This document shows positions 42,140 to 57,119 of a stretch of 64,000 nt of DNA, in pieces (position 1 is the first letter of the stretch; every line of letters begins with the position of its first letter). The stretch comes from Octopus vulgaris. Taxonomy: Eukaryota. Below the pieces are notes generated by a model. That model was not told the origin of the DNA. It made no database searches and saw nothing but the letters and a program-made list of their open reading frames with translations. The DNA lies in the NCBI GenBank assembly GCA_951406725.2, contig OX597819.1, forward strand, positions 101,432,001-101,496,000. The letters are read 5' to 3'. A program made the translations under genes and the position numbers.

Positions 42140-42430
42140 AAAAATACAAAAATGGGACAAGAGCGCAAAACATCCAGACAGTTAGGTGATGCTAAAAACG
42201 GACAACAAAACATCCAGACAGATGATACAAGGGAAACAAGGACAGGTCATTCGGAGTTTTCTTTCATCAATTGAGTTCAAGATTATCTTTGCAATTTCGA
42301 CTGGTTATACTCCAAATTGTCCAATCTAGCCAGCCCCAACGAAAAAATAGACTAAGAGCATTACATTCGTTGGATGAAAGCAGCGAATGTATACGAAACA
42401 AGGACGGGGAAAAAGCAGAGAAATGTTACA
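42140..42430. repeat. Dispersed repeat family Y
   Basis: Homologous to 32080-32320. Confidence 0.8.
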
Positions 42431-42465
<35 letters not shown>

Positions 42466-42498
42466 TCACTCACACCCTCTCACGTGCACAGATATCTG

Positions 42499-42535
<37 letters not shown>

Positions 42536-42620
42536 ATATTATATATCTATCTATCTATCTATCTATATATCTGTCTATCTATCTCTCTGTCTGTCTCTCT
42601 ATTATTATATTTTTATCCTA

Positions 42621-42801
<181 letters not shown>

Positions 42802-43922
42802 GCAGCAGTCGCTGCAGTATATACTTTCGTCGGAGGCATTGCTGCTGAAATGTTTTTATATAATCACTGTACACGTTGTGTTTGTGAGTGTGCGTGTGTG
42901 CGCGCTTAGGCTGTGTGCGTGTGTGTATGCGTGTTTTTTTTTCTGTTAGAGCGAGAAACAAAACTTGCGTACGCGATACTTATACGCTTACGTAACTCTC
43001 TCTCTCTCTCTTTCATTCTGTCTCCCTTATATCCTCCTGCATTTCTCTTTCTCTGTTTATTCCACACCATCATATTCGTCAATTCCTATTAACAGTCCAC
43101 AGTGACTCTTCTGAATCTAATTAACTATGTCATTATAACTCCACCCCATGTGATGTTATCAGTTAAAAGCATCTTAATTAAATTGAAGGTTTTTAGATTC
43201 GTAGCTCCATCCGACTCTTTTCAGCATCATTACCAGCGACACCGGTATCAGTTAATTCATCTAACTAACGAGGGGACCTTACATGGTCGTACGACCTGCC
43301 AGAAATAGAAGTCAACTCTAGTGTAAATCGTACAATTCTAGAATAAAAATAAATGAATTTGACAATGAAAACATAGATAAACAATTTCTTAAAAATAGGC
43401 GAGATGTTGGAATTATTCCTGTCCGAGAAACATTTGAAAGAACGGGAATCCCTTAAGAGGCTAAGTAAACCGATTCTTGAAAGACAGGTCCTGCAGTTCT
43501 TGGATCGGTTGTCACAGAATAGCGAGTGTCTTAGAATTCCTTCAGCCAGTGAGCTGTGTTATGAACACATATGCGTGAGTGTTTGTGTCTGTGTCTATGT
43601 ATGGGTATGTGTTTGTGTGTGTGAATGTGTGTGTGTGTATGTGTATGCGTGTACACAAGCGCGTGTATAAATGTTATATTTTCTGCGATTGGAGTGCCTT
43701 CTGTTTCGTGCAAGGCAAATAATTAGATGAAATAATTAGATGAGTTTGATAGCTCTCTTGGCACAACATTCTATTCCAATCACATGATAGGTAATAATCA
43801 AGAAAATGTGTATTAAACACATACATGTCTACATGCGTAAAACATACACACACACACACACACGCACATAGATATATATATATATATCAAGATATATATA
43901 CACACACGTATACCTACATTCA

Positions 43923-43971
<49 letters not shown>

Positions 43972-45090
43972 GTGGGATATATATATGTGTGTGTGTGTGT
44001 TTATCATTTATATATGAAAGAGCGTTTGCATGTGTGTGTATGTGTGTGCGTATGTTCCTTATGCATTCCAAAACCGAGTTGCTGATTTTGACGTATGGCG
44101 TATGAAAATATTCAGTAGACTTTTGGCTACGAACTGAACAATATGTTCATTCACATATTTGCATTTCACAAATTTAACATTGTCATTTTTCTTTTAGTCA
44201 CCTATCGTAAACGACATTTTATACCACCAGCACAACGACAATAACGTCACAGTTTCTATATGAGTCTGTTCTAGCAATCGTTACCTACGTTAAGCCGGTG
44301 ACTGACAAGTATATGAGTGTGACGGTATATGTGGCTGTCCGACACACACAGGAACAGAGATGGGCTTCAGGTGTGCGTTAATGTATGTGTATGTATGTGT
44401 GTGTGTACGTCGTGTCTTAGTTTATATATGTAACTTATCTCCCCCGCCTAACTGAAATGCGCCGATATTGAAAGTTTAGTTGCAGCTTAGACTTTAAAGG
44501 AACAGCAGAATTCACTTTGAAGTGCTGCATGAAGATTTGATTGATTTAACACCACACATAATACTCGCAAATGTATCTGAAAAAAATATTATTCTCGTTA
44601 TAATAACAAATTCGGAAACTTGGCGTAGTAGAATGCCTCAGCGGCTCTTTCAATATAATTACAGAAATGTTATTCCACTCCTTCTAACGAGTTTCAAGAT
44701 AATTTTTAACATTCTTCCTAAGCTTCTTCATTAACGTGATTATCAACAACTCACAACCCTTATACTGCGTTAGTCAGTATTTATTCTACAGCATATAATG
44801 TTACACTGTTGAAAAATAATGTCAAATTAATTTATATCTTGCTACATACATTCTTCAGCAAATATTTTAAATTAACGTTACAACCTCATCTTCTTTTCTA
44901 TACATTTGGTTCAGCGTTCATTTCAAAATTGTAAAATATATTATTTTTGTATGAAAAATTGAATTATGCCTTCTGAATTTTCTTGGACTTTCACTTTCTT
45001 CACCGTGATATTCAATCGTGAATTTTATAACATTTAGTACATGTTCCAAATAAATATTGACTTTTTGTACATTTTTACATTGGTGACGCA

Positions 45091-45270
45091 TACTAACTTT
45101 CGCTAAAGTGGTAACTTTCCATTTTTTTATAGCACAACTAAGCTACAGAGAGTATGATTTACACCTATATTGAATACATTTAGTAACTTTTGCTAAATTG
45201 GTGACTTACCATTTCTTATAGCATAACTATGCTGCAGAAAGTATGTTTGGCGCCTATATTGACTACATTT
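45091..45270. repeat. Diverged 2 x 90-bp tandem duplication
   Basis: tactaactttcgctaaagtgg...ctatattgaatacattt versus tagtaacttttgctaaattgg...ctatattgactacattt. Confidence 0.85.
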
Positions 45271-46398
45271 CGTTTCGCTTGAACTTCGTATGTGTATATT
45301 TTGCTGTTTTCAATATCATCAATTCTATGAGTGTGTTTCTGCATTCCTTACGTCGATAGTAAACTATAGAAAAGAACATTTTACGCGGTTTTAACGAGCC
45401 CACATCTAATGAACCATCCATCGTTATGGTTGGTGATCCCCATGAAAATCATATTCTCATTCGTGTTCGAGATAACACCTTTAAACGTGTTTCACAGACT
45501 CATCCCCTAACGATGCTCTCCAGTATACTCTTATTCTGTGGAATTGACAAGACGGGTATCATTTCAGTATTCTGCGGATTGAACCTGCACCAGGATAACC
45601 AATTACAAACAAAAAGGTGTTGTCAAATGACTTCTATTCTTAACAACTGATGGTAAGACCAGAACAATCAAATCAATTACACATGTCAAAATTTAATTCC
45701 ATTTCCATATTTTCTACGTTATCTCAACAATAGTCATTTCAAATACACTTCTCTACAACGACCATGTTTCATTAGAAAATGAAAATAGTTTCACAATTTC
45801 AGTTTGAACCAAAATTACAAAGTGTTGCACTACGAGGGTGACAAATTGTGAATAATGAAAGTAATGTTTATCCGAATTAGTCACATCTGTATTATAATAA
45901 AGAAAGCTGTTTATTATCTATTTACCAAATAAGCTATGCTTTTGAATCAACAACACTGTTTTACAACTAAAATAACCTCACCAACTAGAATGGGTCACAA
46001 TGTTCAGGTCATATTCGGACAATATTTCGATTTGCATACAATGTTTCACTTTCGTCCAACGTTTCCCGCATGCATAGAATTCTAGTCAGACGAAGATTTA
46101 TGAAAATGTACACATAAATATTGTATTAAAAAAGCCACAGCCAAAAAAAATTGCATTCAGAAACATCCATTTGTCTATGTTATGAGGAAATAGTCACACG
46201 CACACACACATACACACACAGACACTCTCGCGCATCAAAAAAGATGTATGCATATGTATTTATTAGCGAGTGGTAAAGAATACGCACTCCCGGTGTTTAG
46301 GGTTAGGGTTACGCCGAAAATGGGTGGTGTGCGTATTCTTTACCTCCACTATGTACGTGTGTGTGAGAGAGAGCGAGTGAGTGCCACTTATTCTGACA

Positions 46399-46442
<44 letters not shown>

Positions 46443-46644
46443 CACACTCTCACGTCTATTTCATATACACGTACTTCTTACACGTTCTCCTCTTTTTGCC
46501 CCACCCCAACTCGATGCAAATGTCGCCTTTTCACTTTACCTTCTCTTTCAATTTCTGCTCTCTTCAAAGCAAACAGAAATGAAAATAATTTTACGGAAAT
46601 TAACGAGCAATTATATGTCCCCATATATGTCGAGTTGACAACGT

Positions 46645-46736
46645 TGCATCGGTTGTCAAGCGATGTTGGGGGGACAAACACAGGCACATAAACACATACA
46701 CACACATATATACATGCATACATACATACATATATA

Positions 46737-46801
<65 letters not shown>

Positions 46802-46963
46802 GACGGGCTTCTTTCAGTTTCCGTCTACCAAATCAAATCACAAGGCTTTCGTTGGCCCGAGGCTATAGTAGAAGACACTTGCCCAAATTTCCACGCAGTG
46901 GGACTGAACCCGGAGCCATGTGGTTGGTAAGCAAGCTACTTACCACACATCTACTTCTGCGCG
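46645..46963 (-). mobile_element. SINE family A, 3'-truncated
   Basis: Homologous to 14880-15120. Confidence 0.9.
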
Positions 46964-48134
46964 TATATGTATGTACTCTTAAAGTTACAGGCAACATGTA
47001 ACATAGTGCAGCCTGCTATATAATCAGTCTGTCGGTGACTAAACCCGCAACTCCGCTAAGGCTGTTAGAAAAGCGCAGATTTTTTGATTACATACTCTGA
47101 AGGACTAAGAAAAGTATCAACTGCCGGATAAACTCAGCGGATTCAACGACAATTTAACAGCTGATGTGAGAGACACTATTCTTTGTCTAGGCTTATTTCT
47201 AGAAGAAGGAAAACTCTGATGCAACCTCTGAGTCACCGTTTGATGCCAATAACACAAACTTAGGGCCAATGATGTTTAGCGATTGCGATTGGCCCTGTTT
47301 AATGCCTATCTTACTGTAAGATTCTTCAGGCAAAGGCATTGTGTGTTCTCTATTATGTGTTACTAAGGTTGTCCGTTGCCGGAAAGTCCAAATGCACAAT
47401 AAAAATTTGCATGAAGTAATAAATGCGTCAGCGTAGGTGACAAGATGTCTGAACACCTTCTACGGGAGGTGCCCGCCATTGCTACATCAGTGCAAATGAG
47501 TGAAGATTTCAAGGAGGGCTGAAAAGCCAAAATCTTGCTGTTTTAAAGCGAGTAAAAAATAGCATTGTGATTTGCTGCTATCACACTCATTCAGTTGAAC
47601 ATATATGTGTGTGGTGTACACATGCGCGCACGCATACATACTTACACACACACACAAATTTCTTCTCACTATAGCCTCAGGCCGACCAAGCGATGTAGAT
47701 TTGGTAGACTTAAATGGAAATAAGCCCATTTTATCTCTATGCTTGTGTGTGACTATGCGTGCGCACGCATGGGTGTGTGTATGTGCGTGACAGCGTGCCT
47801 GCATGCCTGCGTGCCTGCATATATGTGTGTGTGATCAGCTGCTATGTCTAGCTGACCATTTGCCATGGAGAAAGATATGCGAAATCAGGTGGCCGCAGCG
47901 GAGGGTATTCGCCCGTCAGCAATATAAACGCGATCGCGTTTTATACTTCAGAAGTGTCCATATGAGAAGTGCTCTCATGGCAAATTTCGCAGTATTCTGT
48001 GTTCTAACACAACACCTGCCTTTAAGGGAAGATAAATTTTTACCTTCTGATACTAGTACTGCTTTCGCCGTCATTAACTATCTTAGTAACGTTAACAGTT
48101 TGGGAGGACATTTAGGTTTCAATATACATCCATA

Positions 48135-48189
<55 letters not shown>

Positions 48190-49003
48190 ACATGTACACA
48201 TAAACGCACATACGGTGAACAGTGAAAATGAAATTACATTCAATTGGAAATATTGAAAATTGTCGAGGAAAAGCTAAATGGGAAGTTGTGACATGCATTA
48301 AAGTAAGGACGAAACTGAATTATTGCCAAATATATTTGCAGAATCAGGCACTCCACGTAATATTCTCTCTAATATTCTTCGCAGTTCTAATATTAATGCC
48401 TTCTCTGGTTGTCTGTTTAAGTGTTTAGGTCGGTACAACTGTAATACGTTTAAATAGATGCGCTCCATATGCATGGGAGTGTGTATACATCATACATGTG
48501 TGCATGTTTTTACAACTATGTGTGCTTGCAGTCTGTGCGTGTGTGGGTATGTGTATATGTGTATGTGTGTGTGTGTGTGCTTTGTGTGTCATATATAAAA
48601 CCGGGCAAACAATAAACGTGTATCTCTGTAGAGCTCTGAAACCGGCTTCTAGGATTAATGGTGGACAGGGTTTTGGATGGATAAGGGTCAATACTGCATC
48701 AAATGTCTGAATAATTGGAAATAAAACTTATGGACAGAAGCTAGTTTTTGGTGTCAGTTCGATGATGAGTGAGTGAATAGAGAGACATTATAATAATGGA
48801 AGTATGGAGGATGGAGGAGGAGGAGCGGGAGGAGGAAAAGAAGAAAGGGTGGCAACTTTCAGGAAATATTCTAGTGAAAGAGCTAAGATGAGCAATCAGC
48901 TTTTACAAACACACATACACACACACGCGCGCGCACAGAAACACATACACATGCACGCACATACACATATATATGCATATATGTATATGTATACATATAT
49001 ATG

Positions 49004-49034
<31 letters not shown>

Positions 49035-49089
49035 ATATATATATATACACATACATATATATATACATATATATAATATGTATACATAT

Positions 49090-49121
<32 letters not shown>

Positions 49122-49207
49122 ATGTATGCATGTATGTGCATGCGTGTATGTGTGTGTGATTGAGTGTATATATATGTATGTATATATATATATGTATGTA
49201 CGTATAT

Positions 49208-49257
<50 letters not shown>

Positions 49258-49953
49258 ATATATATACATTTATATAGGTGTGGCTTTGGTCATTGTATGG
49301 CCCTCGGTGACGTATGGAGTGATGACTGAGCCATCAACTTCATATTACATACTTGACAGGCCACATATCATGTCCAACAGTGGAAGTGGTGTTAATATCG
49401 GGCAGCGTCACCTTATCATGTCGGTTATGTGTCCATTACTCGTAAATATATCAACATTTCCACAGGGAACACTAAAATTCGTGCAATCAGCTAATATCCT
49501 GACCATTCTTAGTTCTACTGCATCTGCTGTTGTTGTTGTTGCTGCTTCTGCTTCTAATTCTGCTATTGTTGTTGTTGTCGTTCTCGCCACTATTACTAAT
49601 ATTGTTGGTGTTGTTGTTGTCTTGTTAGTTTTACTGATATTTTCTAGTATTGTTCCTTTAAGTTTTTTTTTTCTTTTTATTCTTCGTTCATTTTCATTTT
49701 TACTGCTTTCAGTCAGTGGACAACGGCCATACTGCAGCACCTTATCAAGCGGCTTAATTGGTCATATCCATCCCCAGTACTCATTTCAGTCTCATGCATA
49801 TTTTATCTCTTCGTTATTGACGAAGCGCTAAGTTGAGGAACACAGATGGACACAGCAAAAAAAAAAAGCATCTGCCATTTTGATTAGCAGTTAGTATAAA
49901 AGAGATACCAAACACAAACACACGCACACGTACACACACATACGCGCATACAC

Positions 49954-49991
<38 letters not shown>

Positions 49992-50042
49992 ACAGAACAC
50001 TACATACACTTTCCCACATATACCGGTGCGGGTCCTTGAAAT

Positions 50043-50180
50043 CGTGTGGCCAAGTGGTTACAATGGGTTCGTGATCTTAAGGTCAAAGTTTCAATACTTG
50101 GACCGGGCAGCACGAATGTTTTTGAGTAAGACACTTCGTTTAACTTTGCTGCACTCGACCGAGCTCAGAATGAGTACCAG
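50043..50180 (+). mobile_element. Old SINE family C fragment
   Basis: gtggccaagtggtta head; ttgagtaagacactt...aatgagtacc. Confidence 0.55.
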
Positions 50181-50604
50181 TGGAGTGCTGGTCTAGGTCT
50201 CTCCTCTCCTCTCTCTCTCTTTCTCCCTCCCCTCTCTCTTTCTCTTTCTCTCACGTACTTTCTTCCTCTCTACCTCTAGCTTATCCTCAATATGAAAGTT
50301 ATTGTTACCAACTACATTGTCAACCTAAAACGATGATCTTACTTTTGCTGCCTATTCATGCTTTTGCATGTCGTTGCTGTTATTTGTATCGTTTAAATGT
50401 GTTCATTAATATACACCTCAATATGTTTAGAGGGCTATTCACGTTGCGGCCTCTCTTTTAAGAACTCAGAAACGCATTGACTGTGTTTTGGCACCATTTT
50501 AGGAAGAAAACGAAACTCTATCTATACTCAAACTCCCTTTCTGTCAGTCTGTCTGTCTGCCTCTCTCTCTCCCTCTATCTATCCGTCTCTCTATCTATCA
50601 TATT

Positions 50605-50885
<281 letters not shown>

Positions 50886-50904
50886 ATTATTTTTTTTTTT
50901 TTTT

Positions 50905-50985
50905 TAACCTTCAAAAGAAAAGCTCTACCTTGTAATTTGTTCTATCTGTGTGCTGCCCTGTGTGGCTAATAAAGAAACATATCTA
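50905..50985 (+). mobile_element. Isolated 3' terminus of the Tx1-like LINE
   Basis: aaaagaaaagctctaccttgtaatttgt...taataaagaaacatatctat is homologous to the reverse complement of 8520-8590. Confidence 0.85.
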
Positions 50986-51384
50986 TTAATCTAATCCACA
51001 GTCACTCCAGGAAATAGGAATTATAGTAGATAGGTTCCATTTTCTTTCTACGAAGGATAAAATGTCCGATAGCTATGACCAACCCCATTAGCGGGGTCAA
51101 ACACCCAGTAGATATGCTTCTCTTCCCTTCTTCATGCGCCAAGACAACCAGGTCCACCTCCTATGCAAGAACTAAATCACCTAGTAACTATATTTTACAC
51201 CCATTTCACAAGGGCCGGGAAACCCATTAGCAATGATCCACTCCAAGCATGTGTGCTTTACACTTCCAGGATACCAGAACACTGAATAGCCATGCTTTAC
51301 CCATCCCGCATGAGGGTAAGATAATGTATGGAACAGTAAATGATATTAATCAACTTCTGAAATATACCATGAGAATATACTTAG

Positions 51385-51550
51385 ACGCAGGAGAGGCTGT
51401 GTGGTAAGAAGCATGCTTCCGAACCACATGGTTCCGTGTTCAGTCCCACTGCATGGCACCTTGGGCATGTGTCTTCTACTATAGACTCGGGTCGACCAAA
51501 GCCTTGTGAGTTGATTTAGTAGATGGAAATTGACAAAAATTCGTCGTATG

Positions 51551-51628
<78 letters not shown>

Positions 51629-51750
51629 TGCGTGTGTGTGTATGTGCGTGTGTGTGTATGTGTATGTGTACTTGTGTGTTTGTGTTTGTCTCCCACCAAA
51701 ATAGACCGATAGTATAAGTACAAAGCTTACAAAGAATAAATACTGGAGAT
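51385..51750 (+). mobile_element. SINE family A with internal deletion
   Basis: Homologous to 3209-3500. Confidence 0.88.
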
Positions 51751-52337
51751 ACATATATACAAATATACCGATATATTTGCGTATATATGCATTATACATA
51801 AACATACATATGTGTATATGAGTATTTACGCAAATACCTATCTGTCTATCTATCTGCCTATATATATATACTTACTTGCATAATACACACACATGGGCAC
51901 ACACGCATATATACATACATGCATGCATAAATACATAAATCCATACAAACAAGCATACATACATGCATGCATAAATACATAAATCCATACATACAAGCAT
52001 ACATACAGACATGCATGCACACATACACGCGTGCACACATACTTGAGTAAATGGATTATTCGTTTCAAGAAGGCACTGCATCGGTATTAAGTGAGTGTAG
52101 CTAGAAATATTTTTGCAGAAAGTTCAGAGGTGAGACAAATGATCACAAAGCAAAAATAAACAAAAGCTATACACGTTATATAACTAGTCAAAAAAAGCAA
52201 AAAACAAAAAAAAAACACATGTACGAAATAAATAAAGCACTAAACCTTTCAGAACGAAAATACTAACAACAAAAACAACAGCAACAACAACAATAACAGC
52301 AACAACAACAGCAGAAGCATCAGCAGCAACAACACGA

Positions 52338-52378
<41 letters not shown>

Positions 52379-52379
52379 G

Positions 52380-52411
<32 letters not shown>

Positions 52412-52618
52412 CAATACTACTGATACTAATTCTACTACAGCAAATGCAGCCCTCATCGATAATAATAAAGAAAATATGAAAAGAGAGCTTTAAAAATATT
52501 GAAAATAGACGTATGAAAATGAATGTTACCCGGATGATATTGGAAAAAAGAGCCGAATTATGGTGTCAGATGTTTAAAAACTCATATCGTTATGGAAAAA
52601 AAATCAGTCGAGTTCCTG

Positions 52619-52620
52619 AA

Positions 52621-52676
<56 letters not shown>

Positions 52677-52854
52677 GAAGAAGAAGAAGAAGAAGAACAA
52701 CAACAACAACAATAAAAATAATAATAGTAATAATAATAATAATAATAAGAAGAAGAAGAAGAAGAAGAAGAAGAACAACAACAACAACAATAATAATAAT
52801 AATAATAAGAAGAAGAAGAAGAAGAAGAAGAACAACAACAACAACAACAATAAA

Positions 52855-52943
<89 letters not shown>

Positions 52944-52977
52944 CAACAACAACAACAACAATAATAATAATAATAAT

Positions 52978-53031
<54 letters not shown>
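52619..53031. repeat. Higher-order compound microsatellite [(AAT)n(AAG)n(AAC)n] x4
   Basis: Direct reading. Confidence 0.9.
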
Positions 53032-53386
53032 TTATATGGAAGCAACAGCTACTGCAAAAAATAATGCAATAATAAACTTTTATAGCTTTTTGTATTCATA
53101 TCTTTTTCTGTTTTCATTTGCTTTCTGTTTACTCATTTATTGATTTTGATTTTTTTATTATTCAATAATGATGATGATGATGATGATGACGACGACGACG
53201 ACGGCATTAATGGCAATGTGGGTGCTGGAGTTGGTCGCAGTTGAGGGGGAGGTAGTTGTGATGAGGACAAAGATGATGATGATGAAAATGATGATGAGGG
53301 TAATGATGATGATGATAATGAAGATGTTGTGTGTGTTGAGAATGATGATGAGGATGATGATGATCTGTGCGATGAGAATGAGGATG

Positions 53387-53417
<31 letters not shown>

Positions 53418-54443
53418 CGGTGACGACGATAAATGTGATGATGAATTATGATGTTGCTAATGTTTCAGCCTACCAACAGTACTCTACCATTTCCTCTACC
53501 CGTACACTACCCATGCTGTTACCCGTACACTACCCTTACCCTCACCCATGCCACCAGTTCTCTCACCAATGCTCTCCATCAACATCATCTTCAAAATCAT
53601 CATCATCGTCGTCGTTTTCATCCTCAGTCTATATTTCTGACGTCTGTGCAAAACTGAAAGAAGAATAAGAAAATGTATAAATAAATATTATAAATTGTGG
53701 AAAAATTAATAATAATGTACCCGCACCAAGCACCTTCGGTGCAGCCACCACCTATGCTACAACCTCCACCGAAGCGCCTCTACTGCAACCGCCACAATCT
53801 GGAACCATCACCACCATCGATAACACAATCAGTTCCGTCACAACCACCACCAACACCACAACCAACACACTCACCACCGTCCTCGTACCCACCACATCTA
53901 TTACACTAATACCTTCACTAGTCCCCCTTCTACCACGAGTACTCTTCTTCCAACACAACCAGCACCATCACCACCGCCGCCGCCGCCGCCACTACAACCA
54001 CCGCCACCGCCACCAACCAAAACAACAACTACAACAACACAACAGCTGCATCAGTAGCTGTAGCAGGAAAAAGAGTATCAACCACCCAAACACCCACCAT
54101 CTCATCCCCACCACCACCGCCACCACCACCACCACCACCGACGCCGCCGACGCCATCGCGAGCATTAACGCCAGAGAATATTAATAATCAATCAATAAGT
54201 TCATACATTTCCCAGCAACAGGATGGCTTCGACGGAACATGGATCATAATTTACACGTTTCAATCTATTTTGACATCGTTTTTGACATTGGCAGAGTCTT
54301 TCGGTACTTCAGTCGTTCGGTGCATTCATATCGAGTCGGTTGTGGAGGTCACCTGAAACACACACAAATACTCCACACGTACACATGCATATACATACAT
54401 ACATACATACATACATACATACATACATACATACATACATACA

Positions 54444-54475
<32 letters not shown>

Positions 54476-54666
54476 AACGTGCAAACACATGCATATACCT
54501 AGAGAGAGAGAGAGAGAGAGACATACAGTAGGAGCAAATTCACGTAAATATATAATAAATGTATTTAAACATATAACCGTGTCTACCCATGTATCCACAC
54601 TAGTGCTCGGGATAACGTACATTTGTAATACAAACACATTAATGCAGGCTATGCAGGCTCATAAAT

Positions 54667-54724
<58 letters not shown>

Positions 54725-54823
54725 CATACATACATGCATATATACATACATACACACACATATATACATACATATATATATATATACATATACATAAATA
54801 TACACACATACATATGTAAATAC

Positions 54824-54862
<39 letters not shown>

Positions 54863-56670
54863 TATATAAATATTTGTGTATACACAAACATACATATGGT
54901 GTGCTATATGATATATGGCATAACCTTCAGGTAGTGAATTATATTATACTAACATCTGCACCACCATGAACTCCGACTCCACCACCGCCACTACCATCGC
55001 CACCAACGCAATCGCCGCCCTCGTCAGTCCACTGGCTCCGTCTCCCTGACAACTAACATCTATTGACATCACACCACCCATGCCATCTATACCCTCGCCT
55101 CCACCGCTGCCACCTTATCCACTACCACAGCACCGTCCATACACGCTTCATAATCCAACACACCAGAAACAACCTCAATAGTACGACGAATATTGCAACT
55201 GTCCTGATCAGAAACATCTTTTAGTAAGAACAGAAGTAGCGGTGACAACAACATGAACAACAATAAAGGCAGTTATGAGCCCACGCATGGGAGCCGCTAA
55301 ATGCTCACTCGAGCTGATAAATAATCTCAGGCATGTAAACCCTCATCTAATCACACTTTAGTTTTATATATTAAGTAGTGCTCATTAGATATTTTAGTCC
55401 TACACTTCTACATAGACGGGATTGTCACGACTGAACATGGTCTGTTCAAACAAGGATTACTCCGAGATAAACGTATTAAAACAAAGCAGCCAACGTCGCG
55501 CCTATAACAAACTTCACCGCCATCATCACTATTAGCAAAGCTACTAAAAATGTAGTAGAATACTTTGCTAGAAATAATGCCAAATCTACCTAATATCGCA
55601 TAAAAGATATGTGGAATGTATTAAGTTTGATGAAAGATAAATCTCCGAACCGTTACATTTCTATATTTCTTCACATCACAAAATATATTGCACTATTGAA
55701 ATTGTATTATCTTTTGCCGATGCAGAAAGTCATAAATTTTCTCAGATTTTATAGTTTTACTCATCCCACATAGATTGAAAATGAATAAAAGACAAGTATG
55801 TTTATAATGAAAGAGACTTTGATTAGTTTCCTTCAGACGCACTGACCTGTGGCTAAATAAGAACAACCTATTAAACAGATAAGGAACTGGAAGAGACTTT
55901 AGATGATTGAGTGGAATATTTTGCGATATTTATGACAGTTTCTTGCGTTCGGAGTATAAACCCCGCTGAGGCCGACTTAGTCTGTAATCCTTCTGGTGTG
56001 GATCAATATGTATACCAGTTTAGCGAGGTGATTAGGCGGAATTTATAGAAAATAGGACAGTAAGTCATGGGTTATTCTACCAAACTCTGTGACCTCCCTG
56101 GATGGTAGTGATAGACTTTAACCTTCGCCAGTTTGAATGCCTTCTCTGGATCTGAAGGAAATTTTAGTGGAGACCTTGATGTAAGCATTCGAGTCAAGTT
56201 TACACTTTGGAGATATCTTGATTACTTTTATTTATTTATTTTTCATCCAAGCACATAAGCTCTGTAAAGGGTCATAAGCTCTGTCACTTCCGCTTGACTG
56301 AGAAAAGGTAAGGAGGATAAGCAGACGTACGTAGGGATGAAACGGAAGCCATAAAGAGAAAAGGAGAGAGAAATGGGCGAAAGAGCCCGAGGGGGGAGAA
56401 AGCACATTTAATGGAAGAGAGTTTGATACAAAGAAGAAATGAACAGGATATAGGAGTACAATATTGATTGCAAGAAGGAATTCAATTAGGAAAAAATTAC
56501 GTTGAATACATAATCATGCATGTACAAGTAATCAAATGTACTCAATATAGACAGAAAAAATATATATACATACTTACATATTTATGTAAGTGTGTATGTA
56601 TGTATGTATGTATGTATGTATGTATGTATGTATGTATGTATGTATGTATGTATGTATATATATATAAGTA

Positions 56671-56711
<41 letters not shown>

Positions 56712-56789
56712 ATACTAGGAGGAAGAGAAGTGGAACGAAGCGACGAATCGAATCGACCCCGACGCGAATGCGCTGTCAGACAATAATGT

Positions 56790-56975
56790 AATAAATAAAA
56801 TGTATGCATACATACAAACATATATGTACGTAACTTCATATACATGTATATGTACATGCATATATAAATATATATACGTGAGTACAGGACACCGCAACTA
56901 GACGTAGAACTAAACGGAAAACGAAAACGGACAAGCCATTTTTTTACAACAAAAAAAAACAGAGACGAAACGAAA
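56790..56975. repeat. Dispersed repeat family X, partial
   Basis: Homologous to 16980-17170. Confidence 0.75.
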
Positions 56976-57033
56976 TATATATATATTTCCAAGTCCTCGC
57001 TTAGTTGTGTTTTTTGTATTTTCTTGTTTGGAT

Positions 57034-57119
<86 letters not shown>

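Noticed and set aside
46296-46312. TTAGGG telomeric repeats
   Set aside because: Only two units; expected by chance
47199-47456. Short ORFs or exon-like segment in apparently unique sequence
   Set aside because: No recognisable protein motif and no consistent splice-site pair
49160-49831. 223-aa ORF resembling a membrane protein
   Set aside because: Hydrophobic stretches come from (TA)n, (GTT)n and T-rich tracts, and the ORF ends in a SINE fragment
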